This document shows, in pieces, positions 41,997 to 56,182 of a stretch of DNA of 64,000 nucleotides. The notes beneath the pieces are model-generated. The model was not told the DNA's origin. It saw nothing but the letters and a program-made list of their open reading frames with translations, and searched no databases. Made by a program: the position numbers and the translations under genes. Position 1 is the stretch's first letter; each line of letters opens with the position of its first letter. Origin of the DNA: Eledone cirrhosa (taxonomy: Eukaryota); the NCBI GenBank assembly GCA_964016885.1, contig OZ024744.1:85064001-85128000 (forward strand), in the 5' to 3' direction.

Positions 41997-42472
41997 GGCG
42001 GTAGTAGTTGTNNNNNNNNNNNNNNNNNNNNNNNNNNNNNNNNNNNNNNNNNNNNNNNNNNNNNNNNNNNNNNNNNNNNNNNNNNNNNNNNNNNNNNNNN
42101 NNNNNNNNNNNNNNNNNNNNNNNNNNNNNNNNNNNNNNNNNNNNNNNNNNNNNNNNNNNNNNNNNNNNNNNNNNNNNNNNNNNNNNNNNNNNNNNNNNNN
42201 NNNNNNNNNNNGAAGAAGAAGAAGAAGAAGAAGAAGAAGAAGAAGAAGAAGAAGAAGAAGAAGAAGAAGAAGAAGAAGAAGAAGAAGAAGAAGAAGAAGA
42301 AGAAGAAGAAGAAGAAGAAGAAGAAGAAGAAGAAGAAGAAGAAGAAGAAGAAGAAGAAGAAGAAGAAGAAGAAGAAGAAGAAGAAGAAGGAAGAAGAAGA
42401 AGAGAAGAGAAGAAGAAGAAGAAGAAGAAGAAGAAGAAGAAGAAGAAGAAGAAGAAGAAGAAGAAGAAGAAG
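41315..42472. repeat. (TAG)n and (GAA)n arrays flanking a 200-N assembly gap (42012-42211)
   Basis: Direct reading. Confidence 0.97.
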
Positions 42473-42473
42473 A

Positions 42474-42748
42474 TACATCGTTATATTTTATTTTAATAAA
42501 TCAGTCACAGTTTTATAAATAATTGTTTCTACTTTAGGCACAAGGCCAGCAATTACTCAGTGCATTACTGGTACTTTATTTTATCGACCCCGTAAGGATG
42601 AAAGGCAAAGTTAACCTTTCATCCTTACGGGGTCGATAAAATAAAGTACCAGTAATGTACTGGGTTATTTGCTGGCCTTGTGCCAAAAGTAGAAACAATT
42701 ATTTATCAAACCGTGAACTGATTATTAAAAATGAAATATAACGATGTA
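42474..42748. repeat. Inverted duplication of a SINE A 3' half plus its flank
   Basis: Arms of ~135 bp centred near 42610, with several mismatches. Confidence 0.85.
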
Positions 42749-42939
42749 CCTTCTTTTACAAATATTGATGGACATATGAAATAAAACGAAATAAAAATAT
42801 GAAAGAAATAATAACAAAACCAAGCAACCGAACAAGATGGGAAGGGTAAAGAAGAAGAAATCTGACTTTATAGGAAAGTATGTGGAAGGGCTGTAAATGC
42901 CATTAAATGAGAGGAAAAGGAGGGGAGACGATGAGAGGC

Positions 42940-43790
42940 TCTATGCCTGGGGTAGGTTGGAATGTAGCTGCACCCCGTGGGCTGAAGTGCAAAGGCATTT
43001 TCGCGGACAATGACTAGCTACACTCGCTATAACCCCCCACCCCCCCCACCTCGCAGGCTTCCAACCCTGACGGGTTGCTGTCAATCCGATTTTATGGAGC
43101 TCGTCAGAACGGGATACAATGACGCCTGGGGATCTCGATGGTGACCAGTGCGAAGAGGAAGCAACTGGACAGTCTCCGGTATTTGCTTGTCTTACTTTCC
43201 TCTGCATAACGAGCCGCGGTACCGCGGGCTTTGTGGCCGAAGCGACTAAGTGGAGGCAGAGATCGTGTCACAGCATGTGGAGTCCCAGATGACGGATTTA
43301 ACTCCTTCGAATGAGAAGAGGGTAATTCTGTCGGGCGCTTGCCGTCTCTACAGTCGAAGCCTGTTGATTCCAGCTGTGATGGAAAGTCATCTGCATCCAG
43401 CCACGCTCTTTCTCAATATGTCGTTGAGAGGCGGGTATGTCGGGGGGAATTTTCTGCGCTCTGGCGGCAAGACAGAGTGACCTTCACCTTCACCTGTCTG
43501 TCCAATCGGCCTAGAGCCTGTTCATGTTCTAGGGCCACGTCAGTTTAGGCCGTTTGGCTGAGAACCTCGCTGACGTGGGTTCGACTGACTAGAGAAGATT
43601 AAGGAGAGGTAGACCGGCAGTGTCAGATCTGAAGCGGATCGAAGGCCGAAGCCACCGAACCTCGCTGGAAGCTTTACGTGTTGTGCTACATAGTGCTGTC
43701 GAAACTGATATTGCAGATGAATTCTGCACAACGTCGGGTGGCTCACCGAGGTAAATCTGCGTGGGGGTGACAAGGTGCACCGCATATCGT
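42940..43790 (-). mobile_element. CRE-like non-LTR retrotransposon fragment (thumb to PD-(D/E)xK endonuclease)
   Basis: LPARFGGFGLRSASDLTLPVYLS; GFDCRDGKRP.RITLFSFEGVKSVIWDSTCCDTI (frameshifted). Confidence 0.75.
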
Positions 43791-43894
43791 GAACAAAATT
43801 TGCATATATTTACGATGAAAAGCTGGTCATCGAATTTCCCTTTTTTCTGCTTCTAGAGGAGATGATTGGTATACAACTCTTTGGAGAGTTATTT

Positions 43895-44452
<558 letters not shown>

Positions 44453-44651
44453 TCTCTTGTAGGCAAGAAACGAGAATTATGGTAGTATTAATGATATAGA
44501 GTAAGTAAAGACTCCCTTCAGCCACAAATCACCATGGGATTTGCGCCTAGAATGTACTCCTCCGAGGTACAAGCTCGGGTATCGATGTTTTGGAAGACCA
44601 CCTGCTGCCACCCATACATGCCAGTCTCCAAGCCACAGAAACTGTCTAAGG

Positions 44652-44884
44652 CAGGCATGTCAAACTGAGGGTCGCCCGGGGACCACATGGGTCACATATG
44701 TGTTGTCTGAGGGCCGCATGGGTCACATATATGTTGACTGAGGGCCATACATGACAACTAATTGCACACAAATTTTATATTACGAAGATAAAACATGCTC
44801 GCGCTGTAAAAACCTTTGTGCGGGCCGCAGGTGTCCTTGTAAAGGGCCACATGTGACCTGCGGGTCGCATGTTTGTCATGCCTG
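44652..44884. mobile_element. hAT-type MITE (233 bp) inserted in a SINE B
   Basis: TIR CAGGCATGTCAAAC / GTTTGTCATGCCTG; perfect 8-bp TSD GTCTAAGG (44644-44651 and 44885-44892). Confidence 0.9.
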
Positions 44885-45650
44885 GTCTAAGGTAAAGGCA
44901 ATGGCCGATACAGCTTGGCACCGTTGACGTCGCAACTCATTTCTACAGTTGATTGAGCTTGACCAACGTGAAATATAGTGTCTTGCTCACAACCTCCCGA
45001 TTACAAGCTCAATGCTCTAACCACGAAGCTATGCGTCTTCACATTTGTAATATATATGTATTATAAAGAATATATAAAATACATGAAATACATAATTAGA
45101 TTTAAGTGGCTATACTTCCTCTACGGGGAGTCACATGGCTTAGTGGTTAGATTGATGGACTCACAATCAAAAGATCCCGAGTTTCACTCCTAAGTCGGAA
45201 TCACATTTCCAATGAGTTCGTTCCTAATTTATCCCCTTCCTCTTTCTCCGTCTGCCGTACAATTTGTCCACCCATACATACATACATACATACATACAGA
45301 GAAACAGACAGACATGCATCATTGCCCCAGCATGGTCTCTACCCCTCGGCTGGAACGCAAATAAAGCACACACACACACACATACACACACACATATATA
45401 TATATATATATAGAGTAATAATAATAAATTTTAAGACTAAAATCCAAAGAGGGCTCGATAAGGATAAATATATATCAAATATATAAGAACCGTAGAGCAA
45501 ATATTTATTAAAATAACAGATTAAAGTTTAATAAATTTGAAGACTAAAAATATATGTGTGTATGTAAAAGGTAAACAGAAATAACAACACAATCGGTACA
45601 GTATATGGAAGGTATATATTAGGTTAACGCTTGATATAGTAGAAAGAGAG

Positions 45651-45686
45651 TCTTAACGTTTCGGACGCTAGTTCTTCATCAGAAGA
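45651..45686 (-). ncRNA. Minimal hammerhead in a PLE-like 3' end (terminus near 45415, shared with 53871)
   Basis: TCTT-CTGATGA-A GAAC TAGC GTCC-GAAAC GTT-AAGA; palindromic helix III. Confidence 0.7.
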
Positions 45687-45916
45687 AAGAATGAGAAATA
45701 AGATAGATTGAGGGGACGGGTGGGTTGGAATTGGAAAAAATGTCTTTAGATAAAAATAACAGATCCATTCATGTTGACATCTCTTGCAAAACTGTTGGTG
45801 CTGGCTTTTTTGTGTATGATTCGTTTTTTAGAAAAGTGGATGATGGAGCGCGTCTACCAGAAATTGAAAAGAAACCGTTTTGTAAAAAGAGCTATACTTG
45901 TGCACGTGCGTAAGCA

Positions 45917-46002
<86 letters not shown>

Positions 46003-47415
46003 TGTGTGTGTGTGTGTGTGTGTAAGTAAAAGAGTGTGTGTGTGCATGTAAGTACGGAGCTATGAGCAGCAAAAGTATGTTAATATAAGGGTGTGTATGT
46101 GTGTAAGGAACTATAGAAGATAGCCATGGCTTGAATACTTTTGATGATAGATCTGATTCAGTTCAAAACTGAGTTGGAGTCAAACGAAACAACAATGGCG
46201 ACAACGACGATAACTATTCTGAGGAGTTTCTAGTTTTCAAAACTTATTTATGGTGGTGACTTCATTTGCATTGTGCAGGGCAAATTACTAGTCAATCTAA
46301 AACTGAGATGAAGATAATCTAAAACTAATTTGAAGCTAATTACTGGTTAATTTAAAAGCATAATTATTATCTGGATTTAACGGATGAGTAATTAACATTA
46401 TTTTATACTCGGCAGTATCGGTAGAGCGTCAGACACCATGATTTGCAGCATAGAGTTATGGCCCTTTGCGTTCTGAGTTCTAATCCCACCGAGGTTAACT
46501 TCGTCTTTCATCCGTACGGAGTCGATAAAATAAAGTACCAGTAATGTACCAAAAGTAGAAACAATTATTTTACACTCATTTATTCGGACTGGTGGTCTCC
46601 CCTGAGCTTTTACAATCAAAATATTTCGGTCTATCTACCATCCGGTTCTATTCATGAGATTTTGTTATTTGGAAAGGTTCTCAAAAGAAAATCCTTTACG
46701 CAAGTCTGGTGGTGATTCCGTTGTCCCATACTTGGGATATTGTAGCAATAGTTAGTATTACTATGTCGTTCCATATAAAACAGATTACAGTATAAGAATC
46801 CTTCTTTTTTTTTCCCCCCGAAATTCCAAAATCAGAGAACATCGAAAATCAGAAAGTATTTCTAGTGCTAACATGTCTTCATGACTCACCACAAACGGAA
46901 GATTCCACATAGCAGACAATATGTAATTTGTATAAAATTACCTTCAAGGTATATATATGTATATAAGCAGTATTGTGAAGTACAAATGAATATCGTGTTT
47001 AGGCTTGCGTTCTATCCCCAGGCTGTCTCCTTTTATAAAATAGATGTTGCATACAAAGCGTACAAACATTCCACAATCCAAACAAAATCCGACATTCTAC
47101 TTTGAGGCATTCCGGTTACAGGGTTCTCAATCTATGTATTTAGATTCACTGACTCTGGGATTGAATTCATGCCCATTAGTTTAACTACGGCTCTTAATAT
47201 TTAATCAGCTCTTATACTAGTATATGTAGTTGTCTCACAAAATAAGTTTCAAACCCTTATTTTATATCAAATTAACGCTGAAGTGATTACAAGAGAGATG
47301 TTTGCGTCTCATGTTATTCTTTGTATATTTTCTATTCGTTGTTTTTTCTCTCGTGTTCTCTCATTATTTTTGACGTAGAAATCAACTTCGAAACGTTAAA
47401 CATTATTTTCATTTT

Positions 47416-47482
<67 letters not shown>

Positions 47483-47555
47483 GGTGTTGGATGCTTAAAG
47501 CGTCCGTATGCGGTAGGCCGTATGAGCACTCGATGCTCTCATAGAGCAGAGTATG

Positions 47556-47659
47556 ATATCAGAGAAAAAAAGAGAATCAGTGTTGCGACGAATGGAATTT
47601 ATTGGACATAATGTCCAATAAATTCCATTCGTCGCAACACTGATTCTCTTTTTTCTCTG

Positions 47660-47663
<4 letters not shown>
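47556..47663. repeat. Near-perfect palindrome (~54-bp arms) at the end of an insert in (TA)n
   Basis: Centre ...GGACAT-A-ATGTCC... at 47610. Confidence 0.92.
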
Positions 47664-47710
<47 letters not shown>

Positions 47711-48499
47711 AAAGTTTTATATAAAATTGTTGGGTTACAACAAGTAAATATTTTATAACTGATATAAAGCACTCGACAAGTTTTGGGAGTAGATATACGA
47801 TATATTTCTTTACCTCCGTTTTTTTCTTTCTCTCCGTCTTTTTTCTAACTGTGCTTAACACTATAACTAAATAATTATAAACAAATCACTATCCAGACAG
47901 CTTCCAAATTTAATGGTCGCTTAGAAGAGATCTCGGAGTATATCAATATAAGCAAGTGCATGAAAAATATAAACGTCGGCGTGAAGGAGATTAGGAATTT
48001 ATTTACTTTAACATAAGTATCTGTGTCTATTATAATTGTCTACATGTGCTGACTACAATATACATTGTTCAATCATATGCAATACTTAATTATTTATTAT
48101 ACTTCATCAGAACTATTCACTACGCGGTAGAATTCAACAATGGGATTTTCGTTTAAGAAAATGTAAATACGTTAAAAATAGAATGAAATACAGTCAGTTA
48201 GTGTGATGGTAGAAAGGAGAGGAAGTGGAGGTAAAGAGTTTCACACTATCAATCTGTGTGCTGTGATGAGGAACAATTATTCTTTGACCCTTGTTATAGG
48301 TGAAGGTTTTGATGTTTACCATATATGGGGTAGATAAGATATAAGGAGAGGAATAGAGAAATATAAGGTAGAGATTAAGATTAGGCTAGAGTGGGTAAGG
48401 AGGAAAGGAATTAAGAACATGGGATTGTTTTGAATATTACTGAATTCATTGGGTGTGAAAAGCTCAAATGACACAGAAAATGTACGAAATAGGATATAG

Positions 48500-49420
48500 A
48501 AAAACCTAGGTATTAGGGATCGAATCTTGTTATTGTCCAGTTTGTATTTAGCGAAGGTTTTTAGAACTTTGTGTTTGCAATCCTATCATGCCGGGAATTT
48601 AGAAGGTCCTTTCCGCTCGCTATTTCAATTACCTCCTCCAAACATAATTCACAGGGGTTTCTTTCATTCCGGTATGGACGGGCGAATTTTAGCACGGACC
48701 ATTGTAGTGTGTATTCAATATCATCGCGCTTCAGATCCCAGATTCTTTTTACCAGGGCAGTAGATCTACCTAAAATGGGGTTTTAAACGTGTGGGCGTGC
48801 ACATACCATCTTTTCTTGGAAATATTCGAAATGGAACTCATATATTGTCTCGCCACTGTGGGGCTTTGAGCCGACGGTATCCCCAGTTTAGATTTTACCA
48901 CATATTGATAAATGATATTTTTGTGCAAACATTTACCCGATAGAGGACAATTGCTAGGATTTCTGCTGTTGTAGTTTGTCCGTGTAGAGTGTGTGGTTTC
49001 TTCTCCCGTTCCTATGTTTGGGGTGTTATTCCGGGTAATTTGTTGTTGCTCCGGATATGTGCGTAAAGTGGAAGAGACGTTGGTATTTGCTGGTGTCGGT
49101 CTGGTCAGTGTTGTAGGCTGTGGATGTTGCCGAGGGTTCAGGTTAAGTCGGGGTTTCCATTGGCTGTTGACATTGCCGTACCTGCAGAGGTGTTTGTTAT
49201 TCAGTTTCAAAATGAAATTTCCCAGGTTAGCTATGGTGGAATAGGATAGTCGGATCGTGTCTCTATTTAGTATTTTAAGGAATTTGTGTGTAGGAGGAAA
49301 GTGTTCGTCTATAAGTTTGAAGAAGAGATAGGATAGCTTAGTAGTTACCAGATCGTTATGCGGAGGATTATACCATAGGTATGATTTTGTGCGGGACCTC
49401 CTCGGTGTTTTCTTATTTGC
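48500..49420 (-). mobile_element. Penelope-like element fragment (linker + GIY-YIG), decayed
   Basis: LWYNPPHNDLVTTKLSYLFFKLIDEHFP...IRLSYST; NCPLSGKCLHKNIIY; KKRWYVHAHTFK; CELCLEE. Confidence 0.8.
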
Positions 49421-49539
49421 AGTATTATTATTTGTCTCGCCACTGTGGGGCGGTATTTAAATTTACAAATTTACAAATTTTGTGTGGTATGCTTGCGTTG
49501 TTTTCCTATTGGGGTGGTTGGATAAGGTAAAAATCAACA

Positions 49540-49777
49540 TATAGACTGAGGATTTAGTAAGAATGATGAAGAATGTGTCCTTCATGTGCGATCATAAAGA
49601 ATTTGAGAGACACAAACAACTCTTCATCCACCGCATGCAGTTCTTTGGTTACAATCAAAAGGACAGGATCGGGGTGTACAAATGAGCCAGGGCTAAATAG
49701 ATGAATATCATAAACAAATGTTGCGAATGGGACTTGCCCCATGCATAGGAGCAAGTGTTGGAATAGGAGAGAGATAG

Positions 49778-49836
<59 letters not shown>

Positions 49837-50750
49837 GAGAGAGAAAGAGAGAGATGACGAGAGAGAGAGAGGTGAGAGAGAGCGAGAGAGAGAGGGAGTT
49901 AAGAAGAAGATAGACATGATCAACTCATGGTATGACAGCAACAAATATCAGCGTGTAATGTTTGTCAACGCTACCCCAGAGTTGAACTAGCATACAGATA
50001 TAGAAGGGCTTTAGATAAATTAAAATTAAATTGCAAGATAGTAGAAAAACCAGGTTTCTCATAAAAGCACTGATCAGCAGCACGTACCCTTTTAAGAAAA
50101 CCCCTTGCACTGACAGAAAATGTACAATCTGAAAATTAAGCCCACAAATTAACTGTAAAACTAGGACCGTAGTATATACCATAAGATGTACAGCAGGACA
50201 GTGTAAGAATAGCAATACAATATATATAGGTGAGATAGTTTGTACTATAGGATAAAGGATAAATGAACACTTGTGAGAACTCCAAGACAAGAAAAACTTA
50301 TTTGTACTCCACCAACAAGCCAGAATGAAATATGAGGGTACACTAGGGAACATAGAAATAAACATTATATCTACACACAGAACGGCCGCAATGCTCCAAC
50401 AGATTATTAAAGCTACAAATATAAATGAAATTCGACCAAAATTAAATAGAAAGCATAAATTGAATAATAATTGTTTCTTCTTTTGGCACAAGGCCAGCAA
50501 TTATCTCAATGTATTACTGGTACTTTATTTTATCGATCCAGTAAGGATGAGAGGCAAAGCTAAGCTCGGCGGGATTAGAACTCAGACCGTAAAAGGGCCA
50601 TAACTCTATACTGCAAAGCATAGCGCCCGACCCTCTACCGATACTGAATTATAATAACATCCCAACATAGTGACCAAGGACAATATTGACACACAAGAAC
50701 AAAGCTAATAAGATACAGACAGACCCCTACATACACGCGCACACACACAC
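49540..50750 (+). mobile_element. Decayed second copy of the 3168-5329 Penelope family, with (GATA)/(GA) expansion and a SINE A insertion
   Basis: Colinear with ~4010-4900 (gatgaagaatgtgtcc, cttcatc.accgcatgcagttct, tacccttttaagaaaaccc, aactgtaaaactag, ataggtgaga). Confidence 0.85.
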
Positions 50751-51095
50751 AAAGGTGGTAATAGCTGCTGGTGTTTTGCATAGCTACGGCTTTCTAAATG
50801 TTTATTTATAAACATACCGTATTTCTTTAGAAATACGAAATTCCAATACATATCTGAATACAGTTATGCTCGAAGCTAAATTCTAATTCTATGTATATAT
50901 ATAGTAATAATAATAAAACCCGTAGAGTTTCAGAAAATCCTGTTAAGAGTAAAAGCAGTGATTCTTTGCTTAAACTTTATTCTATTATTTTTTTTATATA
51001 TATATATATATATATATAACGAAGGAAATGTGGTAAGGAACCAGGTGGACCATAACGCACCAAAGTACTCAATACTTAGGGTAGTAGAGTGGGTA

Positions 51096-51212
51096 ATAGG
51101 AACAAGTAAGACCCCGACGGCTGAGCTCAAGCCGTTTCGACGGCTAATTCTGGTTCAGAATTAGCCGTCGAAACGGCTTGAGCTCAGCCGTCGGAGTCTT
51201 ACTTGTTCCTAT
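51096..51212. repeat. Near-perfect palindrome containing the 3' half of a hammerhead in each arm
   Basis: 57-bp arms, loop GTT; each arm has GAAAC GGCT-TGAGCTC-AGCC GTC. Confidence 0.85.
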
Positions 51213-51899
51213 ATATATATATATATATATATACAAATCAATATATGAGACGGATGAACACCGATACAAGTATACATGTGTTCGAATTGCAAATGACCAA
51301 GATAGCTAGGTTGAAAAATACTAATTTAAAATAATATGGTTTGCCTGACTCGATTTAAAGTAATAAATCAATAAAAATAACAAACCTATATTGGCAATGG
51401 CCGTGATACCCGGACAAATTCTAAATTTGTTTCGCAACAATTATTAAGTGAAAGTCACTATTCCTATGCTCTTTTGCGGGTATCCAGGAAATTCGTACCT
51501 TTCACTTCAAAATACTTAAGAAGACTGATAAATATGTGTTGTTGAAACGCACATGTCACAGGGGGGCCTAACTCATACTCGTGCCGCTAAAAATAGCAGC
51601 CAGTTTTATGGGAGTAAAATTAGCTGTACGTATGGAGCCGAGAATATTATATATAGAGTTATAAACTCAAAATAGTCTTTTACAATTAAATAGCTCAAAG
51701 AGGGGAATATTTCCGAGCCGTGTAATATAATTGGATATATCAGACGGATGAACACTGATACATGTATACATGTGTTCGAATTAATAATTGTTGCGAAGTA
51801 TACATGTGTTCACTTAATAATTGTTGCGAAATAAATTTAGAATTTGTCCGGGTATACCCGAGATGACAGTGCACATGTACACCAGGCTCGGGTAACTCC

Positions 51900-52232
51900 A
51901 CCTGGAATTACATAGGATCCACCGCGGGTTCTTTTAAGAAAAGATGGTATGTGCACAGGCACTCAATGAAAAACCGAGCACTTATGGGTTCCACCACCCT
52001 CGCCAGAAAAATATGGGAATTGAAGGACAGCAACACTAACTACAGTATCAACTGGTCGAAGTTGTCGGCTGCTAAAACCTATAGTACAGGGATGTCCTAT
52101 TGCGGGCTGTGTGATCTTGAGCTATTGTATATCCTTAGAAATGTTAAAAGGCTACTTAATAATAAGTTAGAAAGATCTATCTTCTGCAGACATAGAATAG
52201 CCACTAAATTCATAAGATTCAAACCTCCGTGA
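51900..52232 (+). mobile_element. Penelope-like GIY-YIG C-terminal fragment
   Basis: YIGSTAGSFKKRWYVHRHSM...LARKIWELK...INWSKL...CGLCDLELLYI...LLN...CRH. Confidence 0.8.
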
Positions 52233-52933
52233 ATCGAACCAACATAACATAGCTTTAAATTAGGATACCTACTACCCACAGAAATATATTCATTAAGTAT
52301 ACTATTTCCTTCACAAGTCTATACCACACAATTGTCTGTAAGTACCTCATCTACCAACAATCTTACTCCTTCTCAGCTGCTGCAATCATTTGATCCTAGA
52401 TCCTAGTTTTTCTCATTTCACTACTACAATGTTACTTTACCTTCTTTTTGTCATAATTACAATTAGCACGCTTTTCTCTTTGCATGTATGTATATTTTTG
52501 TACGAGTGTATATTGATGTGTATGTATGTGTCTATGTACACATATATGTGTATATATATTTATATATATATATATGTGTGTGTGTGTGTATGTGCGTAGA
52601 TATATGCGTATATTAATTCGTTAACCTCTGTATTAACTCTACAACTATTGAGCTTTGACAGTGGTCCCACTCATGTATACTGTTGAAGATGAAGAGAAAG
52701 ACTAAAAACTAGCTTATCTTTATAATTTAAAATTGATACACACTACGATACTTTTTGCCTTATGACAGCTGGTTTTCACGCCGTAACATTAGATACATTA
52801 TATACCCCCCACCTAAGTAATGTCAGGGTCTCCTTAAATAGTTTATTGTAATTGTTGTTATTGTTCTAATTGAATGCCATAACTACTCCATATTTTCTTT
52901 TCTTTTCTTGCCTGTGTATTTTCTTCATTCTCG

Positions 52934-53046
52934 CATGCTCCGAAGATCTGACTGGTTATAATTCTGTATTGGCGATCGAGTGACGCAAAATTAGGCGGAT
53001 AGCGATCTCTAGACATACCAGTTCAGTGAAACAAATGTAAGCTATG
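52934..53046 (+). ncRNA. Hammerhead with long helix II, core mutated (CCGAAGA)
   Basis: GCT-CCGAAGA-T CTGACTGGT...ACCAGTTCAG T-GAAAC AAAT GTA-AGC; downstream of the Penelope ORF fragment. Confidence 0.6.
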
Positions 53047-53369
53047 TGATTAAAAACTTTTTTGTATAGCAAACCATGTAAACCTTCTTTCCTGATTTAT
53101 TATTACTCCAAGTGTTTACAACATAGGAATTACAGCATACCCGCAGCATCACTATGAAAACGTCTTGTTGAGTCAAACCAAGCCAAGCGTTAATATCATC
53201 CACTACCTGGAATACCATAACTGGACTTCACCTGAGTGGACTGCATTTAACTATTATTTGTTAATCCGTATATATATATATATATGTAGATAAAACTACC
53301 AAAAGTTTACGGTAGTGTCCAATCCGTATGAAGAACTCAATTTTAAACATTTGACTTTTTATTTAACTT

Positions 53370-53483
<114 letters not shown>

Positions 53484-53528
53484 AAGTTAAATTAAAAGTC
53501 AAATGTTTAAAATTTAGCTTCGTTTATT

Positions 53529-53583
53529 ACTGCTATATATATTTCAGTGACAGCCATCTTTGGCTGTGACCTCTTCAGGCAGT
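53529..53583 (-). ncRNA. Type-I hammerhead ribozyme
   Basis: ACTGC-CTGAAGA-GGTCACAGCCA AAGA TGGCTGTCACT-GAAAT ATAT ATA-GCAGT. Confidence 0.88.
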
Positions 53584-53834
53584 TCGAATTAATATGGTAT
53601 AGACAAGTACATATGTTGTTGAGGTGTATAATATTGTCAATACTCTGATATGCCCAGTTCCTGGTTGGGTTGTTATTTCACTGAGGAACTGGAATCATAT
53701 GAATTCAAACAAACGAATTTCAGTGTCAAAGGGCCTCTTCTCCTCTCTAACTTTGCCTTTCATCCTTACGGGGTCGATAAAATAAAGTACCAGTAATGCA
53801 CTGGGATAATTACTGGCCTTGTGCCAAAAGTAGA

Positions 53835-53873
<39 letters not shown>

Positions 53874-53965
53874 ATAATAATAAATTTGAAGACTAGAATC
53901 CAAAGAGGGCTCGATAAGGATAAATATATATAAAATATATAAGAACCGTAGAGCAAATATTTATT

Positions 53966-54576
<611 letters not shown>

Positions 54577-54727
54577 TATATATATATATATATATATTAA
54601 GATAAATCTACCAAAATGTACGGTAGTCCCCAAATCCGTATGAAGAACTCAATGTAATCCGAATATCATGAAAAGAGATGTATTCAAAACATTTTTTCGA
54701 TGAAAAATGCAGGGAAACAGAGTCAAG

Positions 54728-55116
54728 ATAAATTAATAAAAATAATGAATAAACAAAGAAACAGTTCCTTATATTAAAAAATTCATCATTTTACGATCGT
54801 TTCTAGGATATATATGTTAGTGTTGGTATGCATATCATATAGATCTATGTAAAATGTTTACAAACTATCAGAAGGAATATACATACCTACACATATATAT
54901 GCTGTCTTCAGAAATAAATTCAGAAATAAATTCTGAAGACAGCATATATGTGTGTAGGTATGTATATTCCTTCTGATAGTTTGTAAACATTTTACATAGA
55001 TCTATATGATATGCATACCAACACTAACATATATATCCTAGAAACGATCGTAAAATGATGAATTTTTTAATATAAGGAACTGTTTTTTTGTTTATTCATT
55101 ATTTTTATTAATTTAT
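54728..55116. repeat. Near-perfect palindrome (~185-bp arms) with a long-helix-II hammerhead in each arm (54788-54915 minus; 54929-55056 plus)
   Basis: Minus copy ATTT-CTGAAGA-CAGCATATATGTG...CATATATATCCTA-GAAAC GATC GTA-AAAT; base of helix II mismatched. Confidence 0.8.
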
Positions 55117-55329
55117 ATATATATATATATAGGGTAATAAGTTATCGTTTTAGGTAATCCAGTTGGAGGTTGTGAGTACTCTGTACAATGAATAGTAGAT
55201 TCACCGATGTATCTATAAATACCAATGCCACGTGTAACAACCTCCAGTATTTCGATGATTTGATCAGAGACACACAGTATTTGAGGTCGAGTGACGTAAT
55301 TTCCAGTGATTAGCGGCCTTTAGACTCAC

Positions 55330-55388
55330 CTGATCAATGAAACAATTGTTAATACTGTAAGTAAAACCCTTTTTGTACAGCCGACCAT
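55330..55388 (-). CDS. Candidate short host exon encoding a signal-peptide-like N-terminus
   Basis: AACATGG start context, [19 protein letters not shown], then consensus donor CAG|GTGAGT; no other exon identified. Confidence 0.2.
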
Positions 55389-55408
55389 GTTATTCTTCAC
55401 TCTTTCAC

Positions 55409-55515
<107 letters not shown>

Positions 55516-55527
55516 CTCATTAAAAAC

Positions 55528-55995
55528 AACAGCAGAAAGCCGAACTAGAATCTTTATAATTTTAATTCCGCGAAAACACTATACACATTTCGATGGCCAA
55601 GTTTCATCAACCGAATATCATGCAAGAACCAGGCGAGTTCATCAGGTGATAATTTCAGAATTAGTTATATAAGAGAACAGGATTAGGACAAACAAACCTA
55701 GAATATAGAATATAAAATAGAGGATAGATTTTGATTCGGGGATAGCCTGTCGATTCCGTGTTATTATAACGGCAGGTCATCCCTGAATCTAAATCAGTCC
55801 TCTATTTTATATTTTATATTTTCGATCTGTTTTCGCCAAAATTCTGTTCTCTTATATAACTGATTCTGCAATTAACACTTGATGAAATCGCTTGAGTCTT
55901 ACATCATTTTGGAATGATGAAGCTGGGTCATTGAAATATATATAGTGTTTTCTGGGTTTTTAAATTATAAAATTTCCAGTCCGGCCCTCTGTTGG
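55528..55995. repeat. Old diverged palindrome (~225-bp arms) with hammerhead-like motifs at 55577-55648 (-) and 55874-55949 (+)
   Basis: Plus copy AACAC-TTGATGA-AAT...CATCATT TTGG AATGATG...ATT-GAAAT ATAT ATA-GTGTT; minus copy keeps CTGATGA. Confidence 0.75.
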
Positions 55996-56127
55996 TGTAC
56001 CAACCCCTGGATACCACATCTACGATGGTTGATTTGCATAACGTCGAGTGCTTTAATTTAGTGTATCATCGTTTACTAACCAGAATCACCAATTCCACTC
56101 ATTGGTAAACAACGTATATTAAATGTT

Positions 56128-56182
<55 letters not shown>

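Noticed and set aside
46620-47150. Complex non-repetitive sequence resembling a decayed coding region (minus strand)
   Set aside because: Stops in the frames read and no recognisable motif; a tBLASTx search would be needed.
47366-47400. TTGACGT-A-GAA..TTC-GAAACGTT hammerhead relic
   Set aside because: Two core mismatches and weak helices; not counted.
47930-48115. Minus-strand CTGATGA downstream of the Penelope fragment
   Set aside because: No convincing GAAA, helix III or helix I.
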